In this document: piece by piece, positions 59,301-64,000 of the stretch
How positions within the stretch are numbered: the first letter of the stretch is position 1
Layout: the number at the start of each line of letters is the position of its first letter
Assembly: GCA_027046625.1 (NCBI GenBank)
Contig: JALTXX010000004.1
Location: 1,698 to 65,697 of the forward strand
DNA: 64,000 nucleotides
Source of the DNA: Candidatus Micrarchaeota archaeon
Lineage (GTDB): Archaea > Iainarchaeota > Iainarchaeia > JAADDC01
Direction of reading: 5' to 3'
The notes under the pieces: generated by a model
Databases searched by the model: none
What the model was told of the DNA's origin: nothing
What the model saw: the letters and a program-made list of their open reading frames with translations, nothing else
Made by a program: the position numbers and the translations under genes

Positions 59301-59832
59301 TCAGGCTATCGATGCATCAAAAACCACCGTAGCAATAAGGGAAGGAAAGGACGGAGAACAGTACTTAACTATCTACAACAAGGAAGATGGTTCTGTTACC
59401 AACGAGAAGATTGTGGACATGAAATCCGAAAATGGAGAGCTCGTTGTTACAACCGTGGATGAGAAAGGTAATGAAAAAGTACACAGAATAAGACTTGAAG
59501 TAACATCGGATGGTACACCTACCCTCAAGGTGGACGGAAAGGATGGAGGTATTGTCAAGACAGTTCAGTCCAAGGAGGGCTTCATGTGGTACAACCCAAA
59601 AACGGGTGAGTGGAATTTTGTAAATGGTGTACTTGCACCCCTGTCTGAGGCATTTAAGGAAGGTATGAAGATCGCCTTTGAAGGAGGTAAGGCGGTGGCA
59701 AAACCATCAGGCAACATCATTGTAAATGCTCCGCCCTCTCAGGGCATGTCTCTCCCATCCCTTGGAGAGTGGATACTGCCCCTACTAGCAATAGTTATCC
59801 TACTAATGCTCTATCAAGGATCACGACAGTGA
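56269..59832 (+). CDS. Large secreted surface protein (about 1187 aa) with C-terminal transmembrane anchor. Possible adhesin or S-layer-like
   Basis: Signal-peptide-like MDHRTLVWILLIGSMAYG|N, a long T/V/E/K/G-rich beta-type body, and C-terminal SLGEWILPLLAIVILLMLYQGSRQ. The ORF-track start at 56179 is probably an upstream extension. Confidence 0.65.
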   Translation: MDHRTLVWILLIGSMAYGNIMCEVVEDGDISKLIINTVYREDGIHPFSSITTNSQEGEQIDVDSMVLVDGEGRAYDVEVGKEAAPVENTILGGSYYEGPFVVTYLLSDTLRIAKVGVHSYGEGALLRERFEGTYGISLYETLKNIAKNIKEFVFFVNEQTPPINNVINAENFSASVVCASSSCKKELYSLLTKYMNLGASSEMAVEFLNFKFVIGPAKRAAEGALALGKISVPESKFVEGLKNKLRALNFFGRKQLEEAKNLFKGLSDGEKEAIKGILDSPSEWYAHTGKLSLQGKTAAYIFTKELKNVKFEKLIVEEGGKKYLLVNKLEEAIKNMEEFGKKVGDIQSLTGSERLKEMKQLADSVKKTLEQIKNNVKNKNIEKIPLKELASQLKGKVKLEDLEKIKQLREMLDDYSSIVRNLEDKVPLVLSQADLIGDEMERMLSKESGSRTGRALVAKGVATPLMFYLTRTTPLPPDVTFEGINSNLSKIFPVKRAYQIPSSWTTMDLKPSNMEGVFMDVLIGHGSDPGNIFRSILTILPIGLIDRVITSVTGSNPLDIVDMIPDPEDEELYRMKDAVVMLATTNNCQTCYIEDGKSFSGPKLFLSLTENQREKSTLITFFRRMDLIADGKRLIDTSNSENLCSQKCFLVRNMTEASGKEPFAALFLHGLLIGYVVPSFGGLTLTLIISAATSPVFADCFTCTDTTFGYYLHVLSFSPPKEEEPMPVDKVKAAVEQLGVDIKQVEEWISSYKKGEIEKQRSMLYSTLTNAKGKMEGLVISIWTKPSFSMPTRFKGGVELSTEDGEKLRIDETTVTSKDGSVTAPGAGISTVETEIPGMIVPTNLSRVNLSSISLEVTSQENYIIGEALQQCLSVEPGRIKLVKAEKGSIKVEEDGLYVTSDDYVGPASKITVENGIVRATVTDITPEGITQKDIELGKLISIVFERVSVVSKGDSAYVWNKGDSVPQESVEDADLETDGESVSLSITPSSDATREEVKTIDKGEEMLDDIQAIDASKTTVAIREGKDGEQYLTIYNKEDGSVTNEKIVDMKSENGELVVTTVDEKGNEKVHRIRLEVTSDGTPTLKVDGKDGGIVKTVQSKEGFMWYNPKTGEWNFVNGVLAPLSEAFKEGMKIAFEGGKAVAKPSGNIIVNAPPSQGMSLPSLGEWILPLLAIVILLMLYQGSRQ

Positions 59833-60181
59833 CTGCAGGTCTCTCCTCTTCTATCTCCTTCACTCGTCCGAAGGAGACAAACTTTACCTTTACCCTTGCA
59901 CGCTGTACCTCCACCTCATCTATATGATCAATATTTACCCTTGAGGGGGCTATTCTTACCTCCAACACCTCTCCCACAATACCCTCTGTGTGGGTATCCA
60001 ACTCCTCATATACATCCTCCGTAAGGAATACTCTGTCTCCCTTCTCTAGGAGAGATGCCGTTCTTACGTTCACGAAGGAGAGAAACTCTAACACTATCAC
60101 TCCTTTTCTTGTAAGCCTCTCAAGACTTTCCTTTTTTATTCCAGTAAAGGCCAGCATATTCTCACCCATACATGGACACAT
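59795..60181 (-). CDS. Hypothetical protein (about 120 aa)
   Basis: Intact ORF downstream of the PAC2-like gene with no motif. Confidence 0.35.
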   Translation of the reverse strand: MCPCMGENMLAFTGIKKESLERLTRKGVIVLEFLSFVNVRTASLLEKGDRVFLTEDVYEELDTHTEGIVGEVLEVRIAPSRVNIDHIDEVEVQRARVKVKFVSFGRVKEIEEERPAVTVVILDRALVG

Positions 60182-60806
60182 CCAAATGATCTTCCTCGGG
60201 GGGAGACAGTACGAGGTCGTCTACATCTACCTCTATACCGGTAATCCTTCCGACCTCAGAGACAAGGCGAGGAGCGGCACTGATATCCTTCCTTCCCGAT
60301 GTAGGTCCCAGCAGCAGCAATACAGGTACGTTTCTTTCTCTGCCGAGAAGGAGTAGTGAAGCTGTTACACCTGTAACCACTCCATTTTCTATGGGTCTAA
60401 GATGACCTGCAAACTTTCTGGCAGATTCATTAGATGCTATCACATAAACATCCTCCGAGGAGGGGGATAACACACCGCTTAAAACTACCACTAGCTTGGC
60501 CCCATCTTTCCATGCCTTTTCCATAATGGTATGGGCTACCTCCCAGGATAGATCCTCGGGGATGGGAACATCGGAGAGAATGGCATGTACATTGGAGCGA
60601 GAAAACACGTTTATAGGATAGTATATTCTACCCTTCTTCACCCTTCCTATGGGAGGTAGTCTACGCGAGAAGAGGTACCCTGTCCATTTGAAGCCTCCTC
60701 TTTCTACGTAATATCTTAGGGATATGTTTCCCACCAGTCCCAATCCAGGAAATGAGATGAGAAGTATGCCATCACGAAAGCTTGCTCCAGTTCTTAGCTG
60801 TACCAT
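60162..60806 (-). CDS. PAC2-family (proteasome assembly chaperone-like) protein
   Basis: N-terminal ILLISFPGLGLVGNISLRYYVE and C-terminal ASLLLLGRERNVPVLLLLGPTSG resemble PAC2/PbaB-family signatures. 214 aa. Confidence 0.55.
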   Translation of the reverse strand: MVQLRTGASFRDGILLISFPGLGLVGNISLRYYVERGGFKWTGYLFSRRLPPIGRVKKGRIYYPINVFSRSNVHAILSDVPIPEDLSWEVAHTIMEKAWKDGAKLVVVLSGVLSPSSEDVYVIASNESARKFAGHLRPIENGVVTGVTASLLLLGRERNVPVLLLLGPTSGRKDISAAPRLVSEVGRITGIEVDVDDLVLSPPEEDHLDVSMYG

Positions 60807-61552
60807 ACTATCACCATATACACACCCATAGCTACAAGGCTTCCCACAAGGATATAGACGGGTATGTTTTTAGGCTTCCTCTCCAAAGCTCCTACAAAGA
60901 AACCACTAATAGATACTAACAGAAGCAAATACACCAACACCACCTCTCCAATCGACCCTCCCATCCTCTCTACTAACTTCGTTACAAACCCTAGCACAAT
61001 GGGAACCAAAAGGAAAGAGGAAAGAAGGATGGAATATCTCTGAAGGGATAGGGTAGATAACTTTTCCCTTTCCGTCTCGCCTACCACGTAAAGCTCCTCT
61101 GAAAGGTTTTTCAGAAGTTGAGGAGCAGTACCTGCTCTAAAGGCTTCTATAATACTTGTTATAGCCCTTTCTATGAGAGAAGAATCCCATCTCTCGTATA
61201 GTGTCCTCAAAGCCCTAAGAGGTGGGATACCCTTCTCTACCATCCTCTCTACAGATTCAAGCTCCTTTGAGAGCTCTCCGAATCCTTTTCTTCCCAAGGA
61301 TATAAGCGCTTTTGGAGTAATAGAAGGGTACGTAGCTGCTGTGTGCACCCATCTGGGGAGTTCTTCCTCTATACGTTGCTTCTTCCTTTCATAGAAGTAC
61401 ACTATAGAGATAAAGGACAATATAGGAACTAGAATAGCATAAAACCCGAACAAAAGATACGTAGAAGCAGTTAGCAGTATAATTACTGCAACAACATTCC
61501 TTTCATCCCACCCAAGAGTATCCAGCATCTTCATACTACCACTTCCTAGCAA
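60794..61552 (-). CDS. TadC/TadB-like T2SS-F-domain membrane protein
   Basis: 252 aa with an N-terminal transmembrane helix, a cytoplasmic helical domain, and two C-terminal transmembrane helices. Overlaps neighbours by 13 to 17 nt. Confidence 0.6.
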   Translation of the reverse strand: MLGSGSMKMLDTLGWDERNVVAVIILLTASTYLLFGFYAILVPILSFISIVYFYERKKQRIEEELPRWVHTAATYPSITPKALISLGRKGFGELSKELESVERMVEKGIPPLRALRTLYERWDSSLIERAITSIIEAFRAGTAPQLLKNLSEELYVVGETEREKLSTLSLQRYSILLSSFLLVPIVLGFVTKLVERMGGSIGEVVLVYLLLLVSISGFFVGALERKPKNIPVYILVGSLVAMGVYMVIVWYS

Positions 61553-62300
61553 TGTATACCAACATCACCACCGTGGCCATGGGGAGCACGATATAAAGGG
61601 TAAAATAAAGTATTCTCACATCCTGGGGCGTACCAAAAACGATAGGAAGTATGTGGGTATAGATGATTAGTATAGAGGGAACAAGAGCTGTTAATGCAAT
61701 AAACATAAGCGTATAAAGTGATAGTTTAGAGCTAAATTCTCTTATCTCAAGCTTTTTAGTCATTAAAAGGGAGTCTGCGTATCTCTCGAGTGCTTCCCAC
61801 CCTGTACCTCCCTCTATCACTTCCGATAGCATTTCTAGGGTCTTTCTAACACTATCAGACGTGTATGTAGAGGCTTCTCCTTCCAAGGCCCTTTTTAGAG
61901 GCAGCCCTCCTTTATGTAGGGAGAGGATTCTCTTCATGCTGTTTTCTATGTATTTTCTTCCCTTAGATGCTATTTCCATCCCCCTTATAGGATCAATGCC
62001 AGACCTTACGAGCGTGGAAAGGGATTTTAGGAAGAAGGGAAGCTCCCACTCTGCTACTCTGCCTCTAATATGGGAAAGAAGGATGGGCAGGTAAAGGGAT
62101 ATGCTAAATATGGATAGGGACAGCATAATCGCAAGGATAGGATCTACGAACACAAGAAGGAGGGGAAGAATGGAGAGAATAAAAGCATAGCCTAGATAGT
62201 CTTCCGGTGAAATAGAAATATCTGCGTTTCTTAGGTGTCTTCCTATTCTTCTTTTCATATCCTCGCTGAAGAGTGCTCCTATTCTCCACATCTCCAACAT
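61536..62300 (-). CDS. TadB/TadC-like T2SS-F-domain membrane protein
   Basis: 254 aa with the same topology as its neighbour. This split arrangement is the bacterial Tad pattern. Confidence 0.6.
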   Translation of the reverse strand: MLEMWRIGALFSEDMKRRIGRHLRNADISISPEDYLGYAFILSILPLLLVFVDPILAIMLSLSIFSISLYLPILLSHIRGRVAEWELPFFLKSLSTLVRSGIDPIRGMEIASKGRKYIENSMKRILSLHKGGLPLKRALEGEASTYTSDSVRKTLEMLSEVIEGGTGWEALERYADSLLMTKKLEIREFSSKLSLYTLMFIALTALVPSILIIYTHILPIVFGTPQDVRILYFTLYIVLPMATVVMLVYIARKW

Positions 62301-63769
62301 GTATAACGCCTCGCAAAAGTCTCAAGATCGTAAACGGGATTGTTTTTGAGGAATGTTACTCTCTCTTCAACATCGTCAAGGGACTCATTGGATACAAGCT
62401 CTACCACCCTTCTTACAATCCTTCCACCTTCTCCCCACCTTCTTACAACCACAACCACATCTATAGAGTCGAGATCTTCCTTTCTTACGCCCATACTTAC
62501 AAGCCTCGAAAGTACCTCCTTTACGGATCTTCCATGCATGGTAGTGTAGCTGCCCCTCCCCTGACCCGCAAGAACGGTATCCATATAGGCCTCTGCCTCC
62601 TCATCCTTTCTTATCTCTCCCACAATAACCCTATCTGGTCTCATACGAAGGGTATCCCTTATAAGATCCTTCATGCTAACACCAGAAACCACCATCCTGA
62701 CAAAATGGGGGTGTGGAATGTTTATCTCCGGCACCTCCTCCACCGCAATAACCCTTTCATCTAGGGGAACAAATCCCATAAGGGCATTGAGAAGTGTTGT
62801 CTTGCCGGATCCTGTATTGCCTGCAATAAGTATATTTAGCTCCCTCTCTATGGCAGCCCATAGAGTGGCTGCCTGCCCATAGGAGATGGATCCGCTCTCT
62901 ATAAGGGAAGATATGGTTAGGGGAGATTCTCTAAACCTTCTTACTGTAATAGAATGCACATTAGAGATAGGCGGTATAACTGCATGTATACGCGAGCCGT
63001 CCTCCAATATTGCATGCATTCTAGGTTCTTTTATGCTAATAAGCCTTCCCATCTTTTCTCCTGCTCTGTTTACAAGGTTCAGGAAGTACTCCTCCGTCCA
63101 TATGTAGATGTTTGTTTCTCTCCATCCCTTTCCTCTTTCATACACCATTACCGGTCTTTTTAGACCTACCACAACAATCTCCTCTATATTGTCCCCTTTT
63201 ATAAGGTTTAGAGGCCCCAGAGGGCTTAATGTGATATCCACTATCCACTCTACCCTTTCCTTAGTCCTCTCTGGTATGGAGAGCTCCTCTGAGAGGTCAT
63301 CTAATATTTCTTCGATGGAGTATTCTCCCTTCGTTCTCTGATAAATGTCTATTACTTTCCTTGCCACCCTTGCTTCCCAGGGAAGAATAGGCATCTCACT
63401 TACAATTCCATTATCCGTCAAAACCCATCCAATTTCATTTCCCACCTCCTCCATGTCTTTTTCCTCCAAAATAACTGTTATCTCGTCTCCACCCCTCTCC
63501 TTGCATATGGGATAACCTCTTTCTACACACATATCACACTTATACAGCCCATCCCTCCAAAACAGAGCATTATATGGACATAAAACAACATCATCGGGGT
63601 TTCCACCTTCTGCGCACAGAACCCCCTTTACACACTCAAATATCCCATCACTTCTGGCACAGGGAGCTTCAGGTGGATCACAGTGGATGCATCTTATCAC
63701 TCTTTCATCATGATAGGGGCATACCCTCCTGATGATATTCTTCCCCTCTTCTGTAGCCTCTATCCTCAT
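62279..63769 (-). CDS. VirB11/TadA/FlaI-family secretion ATPase with N-terminal cysteine-rich domain
   Basis: Walker A IAGNTGSGKTT, Asp/His boxes, Walker B RVIVGEIR. The N-terminal 100 aa carry 10 Cys (CPYHDERVIRCIHCDPPEAPC...CVKGVLC...CPYN...CDMCVERGYPIC). Confidence 0.8.
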   Translation of the reverse strand: MRIEATEEGKNIIRRVCPYHDERVIRCIHCDPPEAPCARSDGIFECVKGVLCAEGGNPDDVVLCPYNALFWRDGLYKCDMCVERGYPICKERGGDEITVILEEKDMEEVGNEIGWVLTDNGIVSEMPILPWEARVARKVIDIYQRTKGEYSIEEILDDLSEELSIPERTKERVEWIVDITLSPLGPLNLIKGDNIEEIVVVGLKRPVMVYERGKGWRETNIYIWTEEYFLNLVNRAGEKMGRLISIKEPRMHAILEDGSRIHAVIPPISNVHSITVRRFRESPLTISSLIESGSISYGQAATLWAAIERELNILIAGNTGSGKTTLLNALMGFVPLDERVIAVEEVPEINIPHPHFVRMVVSGVSMKDLIRDTLRMRPDRVIVGEIRKDEEAEAYMDTVLAGQGRGSYTTMHGRSVKEVLSRLVSMGVRKEDLDSIDVVVVVRRWGEGGRIVRRVVELVSNESLDDVEERVTFLKNNPVYDLETFARRYTCWRCGE

Positions 63770-64000
63770 TGGATGGCCACCTCGTCCCCCACCTCAACAG
63801 GACATTCTCTTCTTCCATCCATCTCTATGATAATATCACCCTCAAGAGTTACTACACTCCATGGCTCTACCACCCTTTTACATGTAACTTTTCCCTCCTT
63901 CACACAAAGAAATAGGATGGGGAACCTGCAGAAAAACGTATGAAATGAGGTTTTTCCCTTTGTTGGAAATAGGAGACATCCGTCATAGGAGAATCTAAAC
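63766..64000 (-). CDS. Partial CDS (C-terminal 77 aa of an upstream gene in the Tad-like operon)
   Basis: Manual translation gives ...EGKVTCKRVVEPWSVVTLEGDIIIEMDGRRECPVEVGDEVAIQ* with its TGA overlapping the ATG of the ATPase gene (ATGA). No stop before the window edge. Confidence 0.4.
   Translation of the reverse strand, partial: FRFSYDGCLLFPTKGKTSFHTFFCRFPILFLCVKEGKVTCKRVVEPWSVVTLEGDIIIEMDGRRECPVEVGDEVAIQ

Noticed and set aside
1-64000. CRISPR arrays, transposases, integrases and toxin-antitoxin-like pairs
   Set aside because: No regularly spaced direct repeats of 25 to 40 nt were seen, and no ORF carries DDE, tyrosine-recombinase or Cas-like motifs. The low-complexity KE and coiled-coil regions were checked and are coding-sequence repeats, not arrays.

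Overview
This window looks like archaeal chromosomal DNA of moderate GC content. Genes are tightly packed and often overlap by 4 to 26 nt. Most of the window is housekeeping: HIT hydrolase, LemA plus an HtpX-like protease, endonuclease III, the DUF655-Rpo4/F-L21e cluster, a two-subunit 2-oxoacid:ferredoxin oxidoreductase, PheS/PheT, FtsZ, a site-2 protease, aMBF1, PAN, FEN-1, SerRS, HisRS, MetAP, SufCBD, TatD and a beta-CASP RNase.

Four tRNA genes were found by eye on the minus strand: Asn-GTT, Cys-GCA, Leu-TAG, and an intron-containing Trp-CCA. A GC-rich minus-strand SRP (7S) RNA sits at roughly 18585..18860 and runs into the annotated 5' end of a Lon-like protease ORF. No CRISPR array and no transposase or integrase genes were seen.

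Three regions stand out:

- **A roughly 16-kb surface-appendage island at 47966..64000.** An elongated FlaI-like ATPase and FlaJ-like platform are followed by six small proteins, several with class III prepilin signal peptides of the MKG|Q type. Next come an E/K-rich protein, a 1.2k-residue secreted protein with a C-terminal membrane anchor, a PAC2-like protein, and a second, bacterial Tad-like module. That module has split TadB/TadC-like proteins and a VirB11/TadA-type ATPase carrying a 10-cysteine N-terminal domain.
- **An archaeal pilin fused to a C-type lectin domain at 29810..30676.** The archaeal pilin N-terminal domain (MRGISPIVATVLLIAI...) is joined to a clear C-type lectin domain (WxDAxxYC, WKSGEPT, WND, FFVCEK).
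- **A 7.4-kb thiol-disulfide redox cluster at 30828..38192,** lying immediately downstream of that pilin-lectin gene. It contains a DsbA-like protein, a two-CXXC protein disulfide oxidoreductase, thioredoxin reductase, an FNR-like protein, a DsbD/CcdA-Trx fusion, a Trx-like CPKC protein and CcdA-like membrane proteins.

A three-gene operon at 4570..8127 also looks conserved but is uncharacterised: a 681-residue coiled-coil protein, a KaiC/RadA-like ATPase and an HTH protein.

All calls rest on motifs read directly from the supplied translations and sequence. No database searches were run.
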